46,106 bases of DNA from the IMG/VR virus record IMGVR_UViG_2563366942_000012; one strand, 5' to 3'. Both the position numbers and the translations under genes were made by a program. Numbering within the stretch: the stretch's first letter is position 1; every line of letters starts with the position of its first letter. A model generated the notes under the pieces. That model saw nothing but the letters and a program-made list of their open reading frames with translations, was not told the origin of the DNA and made no database searches. Below are positions 26,286 through 36,229 of the stretch, one piece after another. The DNA comes from a virus (Duplodnaviria; Heunggongvirae; Uroviricota; Caudoviricetes).

Positions 26286-27780
26286 TCTTTCACACATTAT
26301 TGCCGCAGCATTCAATGAACCGCTGCTTCTGGAGCCCGCCTATGCGCGGGTTTTCTTTTGCGCGCTCGGGCGCGAGATGGGGGCAGCAAGTCTTTCGGTA
26401 CCACAACAGCAGGTACAGTTTGATGCTCCCGGAATGCTGGCTGAAACGGACGAGTACATGGCCGGAGGTAAACGACCGGCCCGTGTTTACAGGGTGGTGA
26501 ACGGTATTGCTGTACTGCCGGTGACCGGCACGCTGGTGCACCGGCTGGGTGGTATGCGGCCATTTTCCGGAATGACAGGCTATGACGGTATTGTCGCCTG
26601 TCTTCAGCAGGCAATGGCGGATAGCCAGGTGCGGGGCGTACTGCTGGACATTGACAGTCCGGGCGGGCAGGCCGCCGGCGCGTTTGACTGCGCTGACATG
26701 ATTTACCGCCTCCGTCAGCAGAAGCCGGTCTGGGCACTGTGCAATGACACGGCCTGTTCTGCAGCCATGCTGCTGGCGTCGGCCTGCTCCCGACGGCTGG
26801 TTACCCAGACATCCCGTATCGGCTCCATTGGCGTGATGATGAGCCATGTCAGCTATGCCGGTCATCTGGCGCAGGCCGGTGTGGATATCACGCTGATTTA
26901 CTCCGGGGCGCACAAGGTGGATGGCAATCAGTTTGAAGCGTTGCCGGAAGAGATTCGCCAGGACATGCAGCAGCGGATTGATGCGGCGCGCCGGATGTTT
27001 GCCGAAAAAGTGGCGATGTTTACCGGTCTGTCTGTTGATGCAGTCACGGGAACAGAGGCCGCTGTTTTTGAAGGTCAGTCCGGCATTGAGGCCGGGCTGG
27101 CGGATGAATTAATCAATGCGTCGGATGCCATCAGTGTGATGGCCACGGCGCTGAACAGTAATGTCAGAGGAGGCACTATGCCGCAATTAACTGCAACGGA
27201 AGCCGCCGCGCAGGAGAACCAGCGAGTGATGGGGATCCTGACGTGCCAGGAAGCGAAAGGACGTGAACACCTTGCCACGATGCTGGCAGGACAACAGGGC
27301 ATGAGCGTTGAACAGGCCCGGGCGATTCTGACCGCGGCAGCACCACAGCAGCCGGTGGCATCCACGCAGAGTGAAGCCGATCGCATTATGGCGTGTGAAG
27401 AGGCTAACGGTCGTGAACAACTGGCGGCAACGCTGGCGGCGATGCCGGAGATGACGGTGGAAAAAGCCCGCCCGATCCTGGCTGCTTCACCGCAGGCGGA
27501 TGCCGGACCCTCACTCCGTGATCAGATCATGGCACTGGATGAGGCAAAAGGGGCTGAGGTGCAGGCTGAACAGCTGGCGGCGTTCCCCGGAATGACGGTG
27601 GAGGCTGCCCGCGACATTCTGTCCTCGGGATCAGGTAAAGCAGAACCGGTCTCTGCATCCACAACCGCCCTGTTTGAACATTTCATGGCGAATCATTCAC
27701 CGGCAGCGGTGCGGGGTGGCGTGTCACAGACGTCAGCAGACGGTGATGCGGACGTGAAAATGCTCATGGCCATGCCATGA
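26275..27780 (+). CDS. C: Head maturation protease gpC (S49/ClpP-like) with C-terminal scaffold (Nu3-like) region
   Basis: 501 aa; protease-type core followed by an Ala/Gln-rich C-terminal region containing three tandem 40-residue repeats. Confidence 0.8.
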   Translation: MRRNLSHIIAAAFNEPLLLEPAYARVFFCALGREMGAASLSVPQQQVQFDAPGMLAETDEYMAGGKRPARVYRVVNGIAVLPVTGTLVHRLGGMRPFSGMTGYDGIVACLQQAMADSQVRGVLLDIDSPGGQAAGAFDCADMIYRLRQQKPVWALCNDTACSAAMLLASACSRRLVTQTSRIGSIGVMMSHVSYAGHLAQAGVDITLIYSGAHKVDGNQFEALPEEIRQDMQQRIDAARRMFAEKVAMFTGLSVDAVTGTEAAVFEGQSGIEAGLADELINASDAISVMATALNSNVRGGTMPQLTATEAAAQENQRVMGILTCQEAKGREHLATMLAGQQGMSVEQARAILTAAAPQQPVASTQSEADRIMACEEANGREQLAATLAAMPEMTVEKARPILAASPQADAGPSLRDQIMALDEAKGAEVQAEQLAAFPGMTVEAARDILSSGSGKAEPVSASTTALFEHFMANHSPAAVRGGVSQTSADGDADVKMLMAMP

Positions 27781-27816
27781 AGTCAGTGCTGACCATCAAT
27801 AGGAGGTTTTTACAAT

Positions 27817-28164
27817 ATGGTGACGAAAACCATCACTGAACAGCGTGCGGAAGTACGTATTTTTGCCGGTAATGATCCGGCTCATACCGCCACAGGCAGC
27901 AGCGGGATTTCCTCGCCAACACCGGCACTGACGCCCCTGATGCTGGATGAAGCCACCGGGAAACTGGTGGTCTGGGACGGACAGAAAGCCGGTAGTGCGG
28001 TTGGCATACTGGTACTGCCGCTTGAAGGCACAGAGGCGGTGCTGACGTATTACAAGTCGGGGACCTTTGCGACGGAGGCAATCCACTGGCCTGAAAGTGT
28101 GGATGAACACAAAAAGGCCAACGCCTTTGCCGGCAGTGCCCTGAGTCACGCGGCGCTGCCGTAA
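27817..28164 (+). CDS. D: Head decoration protein gpD
   Basis: 115 aa; NDPAHTATG...TPLMLDEATGKLVVWDG...VGIL matches lambda D. Confidence 0.85.
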   Translation: MVTKTITEQRAEVRIFAGNDPAHTATGSSGISSPTPALTPLMLDEATGKLVVWDGQKAGSAVGILVLPLEGTEAVLTYYKSGTFATEAIHWPESVDEHKKANAFAGSALSHAALP

Positions 28165-28221
28165 CACGTTATCAGGCCACCGCGGTGGCCTGACTGATTT
28201 CTGAATGAAAGGAACTGATTT

Positions 28222-29250
28222 ATGGGATTGTTTACGACCCGCCAGTTACTCGGTTATACCGAACAAAAAGTTAAATTTCGTGCGCTGTTTCTGGAGCTGT
28301 TTTTCCGCCGTACGGTGAATTTCCATACCGAAGAGGTGATGCTGGACAAAATTACCGGAAAAACGCCGGTGGCGGCCTATGTCTCCCCGATCGTTGAAGG
28401 AAAAGTGCTTCGCCATCGCGGTGGTGAAACCCGCGTGTTACGTCCGGGCTACGTCAAGCCCAAACACGAATTTAATTACCAGCAGGCGGTTGAGCGCCTT
28501 CCTGGTGAAGATCCGGCTCAGCTGAACGACCCGGCCTACCGTCGTCTGCGTATCATTACCGATAACCTCAAACAGGAAGAGCACGCTATTGTGCAGGTGG
28601 AAGAAATGCAGGCGGTAAATGCTGTGTTGTATGGCAAATACACCATGGAAGGGGATCAGTTTGATACTGTCGAGGTGGATTTCGGGCGCTCTGAAGGAAA
28701 TAACATTGAGCAGGCTGACGGTAAAAAATGGTCTGAGCAGGACCGTGATACGTTTGATCCGACGCATGATATTGACCTCTATTGCGATCAGGCCAGCGGC
28801 CTTGTGAATATCGCCATTATGGACGGTACGGTCTGGCGTCTGCTGAATGGCTTTAAGCTGTTCCGCGAAAAACTGGATACCCGTCGCGGCTCAAATTCAC
28901 AACTCGAAACGGCAGTGAAAGATCTGGGCGCAGTGGTGTCCTTCAAGGGGTATTACGGCGATCTGGCCATTGTGGTGGCGAAAACGTCTTATGTGGCAGA
29001 GGACGGTACCGAAAAACGTTATCTGCCGGAGGGCACACTGGTCCTGGGGAATACGGCAGCAGAGGGCATTCGTTGCTATGGTGCCATTCAGGATGCGCAG
29101 GCGTTGTCCGAAGGTGTGGTGGCCTCTTCCCGTTATCCGAAACACTGGCTGACGGTAGGGGATCCCGCCCGTGAATTTACCATGACGCAGTCCGCGCCGC
29201 TGATGGTGTTGCCGGACCCGGATGAGTTTGTGGTGGTACAGGTGAAATAA
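28222..29250 (+). CDS. E: Major capsid protein gpE
   Basis: 342 aa; extensive match to lambda E (YVSPIVEGKV, PGYVKPKHE, LDTRRGSNS, TGDPAREFTM). Confidence 0.9.
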   Translation: MGLFTTRQLLGYTEQKVKFRALFLELFFRRTVNFHTEEVMLDKITGKTPVAAYVSPIVEGKVLRHRGGETRVLRPGYVKPKHEFNYQQAVERLPGEDPAQLNDPAYRRLRIITDNLKQEEHAIVQVEEMQAVNAVLYGKYTMEGDQFDTVEVDFGRSEGNNIEQADGKKWSEQDRDTFDPTHDIDLYCDQASGLVNIAIMDGTVWRLLNGFKLFREKLDTRRGSNSQLETAVKDLGAVVSFKGYYGDLAIVVAKTSYVAEDGTEKRYLPEGTLVLGNTAAEGIRCYGAIQDAQALSEGVVASSRYPKHWLTVGDPAREFTMTQSAPLMVLPDPDEFVVVQVK

Positions 29251-29301
29251 TCCGTGAGCGGGGGCGAAATGCCCCCGTGTCTTTTTTCACAGGAGGCTGA
29301 G

Positions 29302-29685
29302 ATGGCAACAAAAGAAGAAAATCTGAATCGTCTTCGTCAACTGGCTGGCCTGCTGGGGCGCGAGGCGGATATGTCGGGGAGTGCTGCGGATATTGCTCAA
29401 CGTGTGTCTGAGTGGGAAGAGGAGCTTGCTGTTTCCCCGGAGGGCATTATGCACTCTGATGAGAGCGGGGCTGATCAAAATCACACAGACGATGGTGAGC
29501 AGTTGAACAACACGGATGCTCCGGATGATGTTAAAGCCGTCCGGGTACGGAAGTGCCTGCAAGTAATGGGGTATTGCCCGGAGACAGGTCGTCCCGTTGA
29601 GCTGGCGTTACGGGGTATGCGTGTTCTGGTGCCATCATCACTGGCAACGGCCATGATACAGCACGGAACGGCTGAATATGCGTGA
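29302..29685 (+). CDS. FI: DNA packaging protein gpFI
   Basis: 127 aa from ATG with AGGAGG Shine-Dalgarno; acidic protein at the lambda FI position. Confidence 0.7.
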   Translation: MATKEENLNRLRQLAGLLGREADMSGSAADIAQRVSEWEEELAVSPEGIMHSDESGADQNHTDDGEQLNNTDAPDDVKAVRVRKCLQVMGYCPETGRPVELALRGMRVLVPSSLATAMIQHGTAEYA

Positions 29686-30031
29686 TTTTCAGAATGCCTT
29701 TGATGCTGCCCTCGCCGGGGTGGACAGTACGATCGTTGAAGTGATGGGGATCCGTGCGCAGTTCACCTCCGGAGCACAACGTGGCGGCGAAGTTCAGGGG
29801 GTTTTTGACGATCCGGAGTCGCTGGGTTTTGCCGGTGGCGGGGTCCGTATTGAAGGAAGCAGCCCGTCATTATTTGTGCGGACGGATACGGTGCGTGCCG
29901 TGCGGCGTGGTGACACGCTGACCATTAACGGCGAGATGTTCTGGGTGGATCGTGTTTCTCCGGATGACGGGGGAAGCTGTTATCTCTGGCTCAACCGTGG
30001 GCAACCACCCGCTGTTAACCGGCGACGATAA
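29678..30031 (+). CDS. FII: Head-tail connector gpFII
   Basis: 117 aa; C-terminus FWVDRVSPDDGGSCYLWLNRGQPPAVNRRR matches lambda FII. Confidence 0.9.
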   Translation: MRDFQNAFDAALAGVDSTIVEVMGIRAQFTSGAQRGGEVQGVFDDPESLGFAGGGVRIEGSSPSLFVRTDTVRAVRRGDTLTINGEMFWVDRVSPDDGGSCYLWLNRGQPPAVNRRR

Positions 30032-30046
30032 ACGCAGGGTGAAATT

Positions 30047-30622
30047 ATGGCGATAAAAGGGCTTGATCAGGCGATTGATAATCTGAGCCGGGTTCGTAAA
30101 AACGCCATTCCGGCGGCTTCAGCAATGACGATTAACCGCGTGGCCACAACGGCGATTAATCAGTCTTCATCACAGGTTGCCCGGGAGACAAAGGTACGCC
30201 GGAAACTGGTTAAGGAACGGTCCAGACTGAAACGGGCCACGGTCAGAAATCCGAATGCAAAAATTATCGTTAACCGCGGTGATCTCCCTGTGATTAAGCT
30301 GGGGATCAGAATGCTGGGGCGTCGTCCGGACAGCATACTCAAAGCCGGTCAGCATCGTTATCAGCGGGCATTTATCCAGCGATTAAATAATGGGCGCTGG
30401 CATGTTATGCAACGTCTTCCCCAGGCCAGATATGAGGAGGGCAATGACGACAAGGGAAGGAAAAAGCGTAATCGCCTTCCCATTCAGGTGGTGAAAATCC
30501 CGATGGCGGCCCCACTGAAACAGGCATTTGATGAGAATGTTGACCGTATCCGGCGTGAACGCCTGCCTAAAGAACTGGCATACGCGCTGAAACAACAACT
30601 GAGGATTGCGATAAAACGATGA
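30047..30622 (+). CDS. Z: Tail completion protein gpZ
   Basis: 191 aa, lambda Z position and size. Confidence 0.8.
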   Translation: MAIKGLDQAIDNLSRVRKNAIPAASAMTINRVATTAINQSSSQVARETKVRRKLVKERSRLKRATVRNPNAKIIVNRGDLPVIKLGIRMLGRRPDSILKAGQHRYQRAFIQRLNNGRWHVMQRLPQARYEEGNDDKGRKKRNRLPIQVVKIPMAAPLKQAFDENVDRIRRERLPKELAYALKQQLRIAIKR

Positions 30623-31014
30623 AACACACTGACATTCGTGCCGCAGTGCTGGATGCACTCGAGCAGCATGAACACGGGGCGACGCTGTTTGATGGTCGCC
30701 CCGTTGTTTTTGACGAAGAGGATTTTCCTGCGATCGCGGTTTATCTGACGGATGCAGAGTATACCGGTGAAGAGCTGGATGCAGATACCTGGCGGGCCAC
30801 GCTGCATATTGAGGTGTTTTTACCGGCACAGGTACCGGATTCAGAGCTTGATCAGTGGATGGAAAGCCGGATTTACCCGGCGATGACTGCGATCCCGGCA
30901 CTGGCAGGACTGATTACCACGATGGTTACGCAGGGCTATGAGTATCGTCGTGATGACGATATGGCGTTATGGAGCTCTGCGGATCTGACTTATTCCATTA
31001 CATACGAGATGTGA
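30619..31014 (+). CDS. U: Tail terminator protein gpU
   Basis: 131 aa; [44 protein letters not shown] matches lambda U. Confidence 0.9.
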   Translation: MKHTDIRAAVLDALEQHEHGATLFDGRPVVFDEEDFPAIAVYLTDAEYTGEELDADTWRATLHIEVFLPAQVPDSELDQWMESRIYPAMTAIPALAGLITTMVTQGYEYRRDDDMALWSSADLTYSITYEM

Positions 31015-31021
31015 GGACGAT

Positions 31022-31768
31022 ATGGCAACACCAAATCCCCTGGAGCCGGTAAAAGGTGCCGGTACCACTCTGTGGGTTTACAACGGCAAGGCTGATGCTT
31101 ATGCAAACCCGTTGTCAGACGATGACTGGCAGCGACTGGCTAAGGTGAAGGATCTGACGCCGGGCGAGATGACGGCTGAACCCTACGATGATAACTACCT
31201 GGATGATGAAGACGCGGACTGGACCGCGACCGGGCAGGGACAGAAATCTGCAGGTGATACCAGTTTTACGCTGGCCTGGAAACCGGGAGAGGAAGGTCAG
31301 AAAGGGCTTATAGGCTGGTTTGAAAGCGGCGATGTCCGGGCCTATAAAATCCGTTTTCCGAATGGCACGGTGGATGTGTTTCGTGGCTGGGTCAGCAGTA
31401 TCGGTAAGGCCGTGACGGCGAAAGAAGTGATCACCCGCACGGTGAAAGTCACTAACGTGGGTAAACCTTCTGTAGCGGAAGAACGCAGCAAAATTACGCC
31501 GGTCACTGCGATTAAGGTAACGCCGACAGGTACGGTTGAAAAAGGGAAAACAACCACCCTGACCGTTACTGTGGAACCGGAAAATGCAACGGATAAGACA
31601 TTCAGGGCGATTTCCGCCGATCCATCAAAAGCCACCATTAGCGTGAAAGATATGACGATTACTGTGACGGGGGTTAAGGATGGAAAAGTCAGCATCCCTG
31701 TGATTTCCGGTAATGGTCAGTTTGCTGCGGTGGCTGAAATTACCGTTAATAATGTGCCGGGTGGCTAA
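31022..31768 (+). CDS. V: Major tail protein gpV with C-terminal Ig-like domain
   Basis: 248 aa at the lambda V position; Thr/Val-rich C-terminal beta-rich segment. Confidence 0.85.
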   Translation: MATPNPLEPVKGAGTTLWVYNGKADAYANPLSDDDWQRLAKVKDLTPGEMTAEPYDDNYLDDEDADWTATGQGQKSAGDTSFTLAWKPGEEGQKGLIGWFESGDVRAYKIRFPNGTVDVFRGWVSSIGKAVTAKEVITRTVKVTNVGKPSVAEERSKITPVTAIKVTPTGTVEKGKTTTLTVTVEPENATDKTFRAISADPSKATISVKDMTITVTGVKDGKVSIPVISGNGQFAAVAEITVNNVPGG

Positions 31769-31786
31769 AGAGCTGAGAGATAAGCG

Positions 31787-32218
31787 ATGTTCCTGAAAAC
31801 AGAACAATTTGAATATAACGGTGTATCCGTCACGCTTTCTGAGCTGTCTGCGCTGCAGCGTATTGAGCATCTTGCCCTCCTGAAACGGCGGGCAGAAGAG
31901 GCTGAAGCCAGCGGCAACCTGCAGGTGAGTGTGGAAGATCTTGTCAGAACCGGCGCGTTTCTGGTGGCGATGTCCCTGTGGCATAACCATCCACAGAAAA
32001 CGCAGTCACCGTCAATGAATGAGGCCGTGATGAAGATAGAGCAGGAAGTGCTCACCACCTGGCCTGCCGATGCCATTGCCCGGGCGGAAGACGTGGTGTT
32101 GTGCCTGTCCGGGATGATCGAAGCTGTTCGTCCGGATACTGATATTACTGAAGTGGCGAAAAATAACACGCTGACTGATGATGATTTTTCTGCGGGAAAG
32201 TCTTCGACGGCGAGCTGA
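31787..32218 (+). CDS. G: Tail assembly chaperone gpG
   Basis: 143 aa; MFLKTEQFEYNGVSVTLSELSALQRIEHLALLKRRAEEAE matches lambda G; slippery heptamer near the 3' end. Confidence 0.9.
   Translation: MFLKTEQFEYNGVSVTLSELSALQRIEHLALLKRRAEEAEASGNLQVSVEDLVRTGAFLVAMSLWHNHPQKTQSPSMNEAVMKIEQEVLTTWPADAIARAEDVVLCLSGMIEAVRPDTDITEVAKNNTLTDDDFSAGKSSTAS
32194..32200 (+). promoter_or_regulatory. Programmed -1 ribosomal frameshift site (G GGA AAG) producing the G-T fusion
   Basis: Heptamer GGGAAAG in X XXY YYZ register with the G frame; the -1 frame is open from here into the T ORF. Confidence 0.8.
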
Positions 32219-32658
32219 ACTTTGCCCTCAGACTGGCGCGTGAGATGGGGAGACCCGACTGGCGCGCCATGCTTGCCGGGATGACATCCACCGAATATGC
32301 CGACTGGCACCGTTTTTACCGCACGCATTATTTTCAGGATACCCAGCTGGATATGCATTTTTCCGGGCTGACGTACACCGTACTCAGCCTGTTTTTCAGC
32401 GATCCGGATATGCATCCCTCTGATTTCAGTCTGCTTGTCCCCCGGCATGAGGAAGAGCAGGTGGAGAGGCCGGATGAGGACAAAATGCTGATGCAGAAAG
32501 CGGCAGGACTTGCCGGAGGCGTCCGGTTCGGTGGGGACGGAGGGCGCGATATTTTATCGTCTGCGGATGTGGCGGATGTCATGGTGGATGATGCCGCATT
32601 AATGATGGCTTCAGCGGGGATTCCGGGAGGTGTGAGATATGTCCCAGCCGGTTGGTGA
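32194..32658 (+). CDS. T: T portion of the gpG-T tail assembly chaperone fusion (made by -1 frameshift from G)
   Basis: -1 frame open from the slippery site through the 137 aa T ORF (32245..32658); architecture as in lambda G/GT. Confidence 0.8.
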   Translation, partial: GKVFDGELNFALRLAREMGRPDWRAMLAGMTSTEYADWHRFYRTHYFQDTQLDMHFSGLTYTVLSLFFSDPDMHPSDFSLLVPRHEEEQVERPDEDKMLMQKAAGLAGGVRFGGDGGRDILSSADVADVMVDDAALMMASAGIPGGVRYVPAGW

Positions 32659-35200
32659 TCTTGTTATTGACCTTAGTCTGGATGCTGTCCGTTTCGATGA
32701 GCAGATGAGCCGGGTAAGGCGTCATTTTTCAGGTCTGGATACCGACGCCAGAAAAACCGCCAGTGCTGTTGAACAGGGCCTGAGCCGCCAGGCGCTGGCT
32801 GCACAAAAAGCCGGGATTTCCGTCGGGCAGTATAAAGCGGCCATGCGAACCCTGCCCGCACAGTTTACGGATATCGCCACGCAGCTTGCCGGTGGTCAGA
32901 ATCCCTGGCTGATCCTGCTGCAACAGGGCGGTCAGGTGAAGGACTCCTTCGGCGGGATGATCCCCATGTTCAGGGGGCTTGCCGGTGCGATCACCCTGCC
33001 GATGGTCGGGGTCACCTCGCTGGCGGTGGCGACAGGTGCGCTGGTGTACGCCTGGTACCAGGGAGATTCCACGCTTTCAGCGTTTAATAAAACCCTGGTT
33101 CTTTCCGGTAATCAGTCCGGACTGACTGCCGATCGCATGCTGACGCTCTCCAGAGCCGGACAGGCCGCAGGGCTGACGTTTAACCAGGCGAGTGAGTCAC
33201 TGGCAGCCATGGTGAATGCCGGTGTGCGTGGTGGTGAACAGTTTGATGCCATCAACCAGAGTGTCGCGCGTTTTGCTTCTGCATCCGGTGTGGAGGTGGA
33301 CAAGGTTGCAGAGGCTTTCGGAAAACTGACCACTGACCCGACGTCGGGGCTGATTGCGATGGCGAAGCAGTTCCATAACGTGACGGCGGAGCAGATTGCG
33401 TATGTTGCTCAGTTGCAGCGTTCCGGCGATGAAGCCGGGGCATTGCAGGCGGCGAACGAGGCCGCAACGAAAGGGTTTGATGACCAGACCCGCCGCCTGA
33501 AAGAGAACATGGGCACGCTGGAGACCAGGGCAGACAGGACTGCGCGGGCATTCAAATCCATGTGGGATGCGGTGCTGGATATTGGTCGTCCTGATACCGC
33601 GCAGGAGATGCTGATTAAGGCAGAGGCTGCGTTTAAGAAAGCAGACGACATCTGGAATCTGCGCAAGGATGATTATTTTGTTAACGATGAAGCGCGGGCG
33701 CGTTACTGGGATGATCGTGAAAAGGCCCGTCTTGCGCTTGAAGCCGCCCGAAAGAAGGCTGAGCAGCAGACTCAACAGGACAAAAATGCGCAGCAGCAGA
33801 GCGATACCGAAGCGTCACGGCTGAAATATACCGAAGAGGCGCAGAAGGCTTACGAACGGCTGCAGACGCCGCTGGAGAAATATACCGCCCGTCAGGAAGA
33901 ACTGAACAAGGCACTGAAAGACGGGAAAATCCTGCAGGCGGATTACAACACGCTGATGGCGGCGGCGAAAAAGGATTATGAAGCGACGCTGAAAAAGCCG
34001 AAACAGTCCGGCGTGAAGGTGTCTGCGGGCGATCGTCAGGAGGACAGTGCTCATGCTGCCCTGCTGACGCTTCAGGCAGAACTCCGGACGCTGGAGAAGC
34101 ATGCCGGAGCGAATGAGAAAATCAGCCAGCAGCGCCGGGATTTGTGGAAGGCAGAAAGTCAGTTCGCGGTACTGGAGGAGACGGCACAACGTCGCCAGCT
34201 GTCCGCACAGGAGAAATCCCTGCTGGCGCATAAAGATGAGACGCTGGAGTACAAACGCCAGCTGGCTGCACTTGGCGACAAGGTTACGTATCAGGAGCGC
34301 CTGAACGCGCTGGCGCAGCAGGCGGATAAATTCGCACAGCAGCAACGGGCAAAACGGGCCGCCATTGATGCAAAAAACCGGGGGCTGACTGACCGGCAGG
34401 CAGCGCGGGAAGCCACGGAACAGCGCCTGAAGGAACAGTATGGCGATAATCCTCTGGCGCTGAATAACGTCATGTCAGAGCAGAAAAAGACCTGGGCGGC
34501 TGAAGACCAGCTTCGCGGGAGCTGGATGGCAGGCCTGAAGTCCGGCTGGAGTGAGTGGGAAGAGAGCGCCACGGACAGTATGTCGCAGGTAAAAAGTGCA
34601 GCCACGCAGACCTTTGATGGTATTGCACAGAATATGGCGGCGATGCTGACCGGCAGTGAGCAGAACTGGCGCAGCTTCACCCGTTCCGTGCTGTCCATGA
34701 TGACAGAAATTCTGCTTAAGCAGGCAATGGTGGGGATTGTCGGGAGTATCGGCAGCGCTATTGGCGGGGCTGTTGGTGGCGGCGCATCCGCGTCAGGCGG
34801 TACAGCCATTCAGGCAGCTGCGGCGAAATTCCATTTTGCAACCGGAGGATTTACGGGAACCGGCGGCAAATATGAGCCAGCGGGGATTGTTCACCGTGGT
34901 GAATTTGTCTTCACGAAGGAGGCGACCAGCCGGATTGGTGTCGGCAACCTGTATCGTCTGATGCGCGGGTATGCGGAAGGTGGTTATGTCGGCGGTGCCG
35001 GAAGTCCGGCGCAGATGCGGCGGGCGGAAGGTATCCGGTTTGAGCAGAACAACAGCGTGGTGATTCAGAACGACGGTATCAACGGACAGGCCGGGCCGCA
35101 GCTGATGAAAGCGGTGTATGAGATGGCCCGTAAAGGTGCGCAGGATGAGATTCAGGCGCAGATGCGTGATGGTGGCCTGTTCTCCGGAGGTGGACGATGA
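32639..35200 (+). CDS. H: Tail tape measure protein gpH
   Basis: 853 aa, same length as lambda H; Ala/Gln-rich coiled-coil; glycine-rich hydrophobic C-terminal region. Confidence 0.9.
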   Translation: MSQPVGDLVIDLSLDAVRFDEQMSRVRRHFSGLDTDARKTASAVEQGLSRQALAAQKAGISVGQYKAAMRTLPAQFTDIATQLAGGQNPWLILLQQGGQVKDSFGGMIPMFRGLAGAITLPMVGVTSLAVATGALVYAWYQGDSTLSAFNKTLVLSGNQSGLTADRMLTLSRAGQAAGLTFNQASESLAAMVNAGVRGGEQFDAINQSVARFASASGVEVDKVAEAFGKLTTDPTSGLIAMAKQFHNVTAEQIAYVAQLQRSGDEAGALQAANEAATKGFDDQTRRLKENMGTLETRADRTARAFKSMWDAVLDIGRPDTAQEMLIKAEAAFKKADDIWNLRKDDYFVNDEARARYWDDREKARLALEAARKKAEQQTQQDKNAQQQSDTEASRLKYTEEAQKAYERLQTPLEKYTARQEELNKALKDGKILQADYNTLMAAAKKDYEATLKKPKQSGVKVSAGDRQEDSAHAALLTLQAELRTLEKHAGANEKISQQRRDLWKAESQFAVLEETAQRRQLSAQEKSLLAHKDETLEYKRQLAALGDKVTYQERLNALAQQADKFAQQQRAKRAAIDAKNRGLTDRQAAREATEQRLKEQYGDNPLALNNVMSEQKKTWAAEDQLRGSWMAGLKSGWSEWEESATDSMSQVKSAATQTFDGIAQNMAAMLTGSEQNWRSFTRSVLSMMTEILLKQAMVGIVGSIGSAIGGAVGGGASASGGTAIQAAAAKFHFATGGFTGTGGKYEPAGIVHRGEFVFTKEATSRIGVGNLYRLMRGYAEGGYVGGAGSPAQMRRAEGIRFEQNNSVVIQNDGINGQAGPQLMKAVYEMARKGAQDEIQAQMRDGGLFSGGGR

Positions 35201-35526
35201 AAACCTTCCGCTGGAAAGTGAAACCCGGTATGGATGTGGCTTCGGCCCCTTCCGTAAGAAAGGTGCGCTTTGGTGATGGCTATTCTCAGCGAGCGCCTGC
35301 CGGGCTGAATGCCGACCTGAAAACGTACAGCGTGACGCTTTCTGTCCCCCGTGAGGAGGCCACGGTACTGGAGTTGTTTCTGGAAGAGCACGGGGGCTGG
35401 AAAGCCTTTCTGTGGACGCCGCCTTATGAGTGGCGGCAGATAAAGGTGACCTGCGCAAAATGGTCGTCGCGGGTCAGTATGCTGCGTGTTGAGTTCAGCG
35501 CAGAATTTGAACAGGTGGTGAACTGA
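35197..35526 (+). CDS. M: Minor tail protein gpM
   Basis: 109 aa at the lambda M position. Confidence 0.85.
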   Translation: MKTFRWKVKPGMDVASAPSVRKVRFGDGYSQRAPAGLNADLKTYSVTLSVPREEATVLELFLEEHGGWKAFLWTPPYEWRQIKVTCAKWSSRVSMLRVEFSAEFEQVVN

Positions 35527-36224
35527 TGCAGGATATCCGGCAGGAAACACTGAATGAATGCACCCGTGCGGAGCAGTCGGCCAGCGTGGTGCTCTGGGAA
35601 ATCGACCTGACAGAGGTCGGTGGAGAACGTTATTTTTTCTGTAATGAGCAGAACGAAAAAGGTGAGCCGGTCACCTGGCAGGGGCGACAGTATCAGCCGT
35701 ATCCCATTCAGGGGAGTGGTTTTGAACTGAATGGCAAAGGCACCAGTACGCGCCCCACGCTGACGGTTTCTAACCTGTACGGTATGGTCACCGGGATGGC
35801 GGAAGATCTGCAGAGTCTGGTCGGCGGAACGGTGGTCCGGCGTAAGGTTTACGCCCGTTTTCTGGATGCGGTGAACTTCGTCAACGGAAACAGCGATGCC
35901 GATCCGGAGCAGGAGGTGATCAGCCGCTGGCGCATCGAGCAGTGCAGCGAACTGAGCGCGGTCAGTGCCTCTTTTGTACTGTCCACGCCGACGGAAACGG
36001 ACGGCGCTGTTTTTCCGGGACGTATCATGCTGGCCAACACCTGCACCTGGACCTATCGCGGTGACGAGTGCGGTTATAGCGGTCCTGCTGTCGCGGATGA
36101 ATATGACCAGCCAACGTCCGATATCACGAAGGATAAATGCAGCAAATGCCTGAGCGGTTGTAAGTTCCGCAATAACGTCGGCAACTTTGGCGGCTTCCTT
36201 TCCATTAACAAACTTTCGCAGTAA
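35526..36224 (+). CDS. L: Minor tail protein gpL
   Basis: 232 aa at the lambda L position; C-terminal cysteine cluster. Confidence 0.85.
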   Translation: MQDIRQETLNECTRAEQSASVVLWEIDLTEVGGERYFFCNEQNEKGEPVTWQGRQYQPYPIQGSGFELNGKGTSTRPTLTVSNLYGMVTGMAEDLQSLVGGTVVRRKVYARFLDAVNFVNGNSDADPEQEVISRWRIEQCSELSAVSASFVLSTPTETDGAVFPGRIMLANTCTWTYRGDECGYSGPAVADEYDQPTSDITKDKCSKCLSGCKFRNNVGNFGGFLSINKLSQ

Positions 36225-36229
36225 ATCCC

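Noticed and set aside
33197-35458. Several 170-220 aa minus-strand ORFs inside the tape measure gene
   Set aside because: Antisense to the clearly homologous gpH ORF; low-complexity Arg/Pro-rich translations typical of reverse-frame artefacts.
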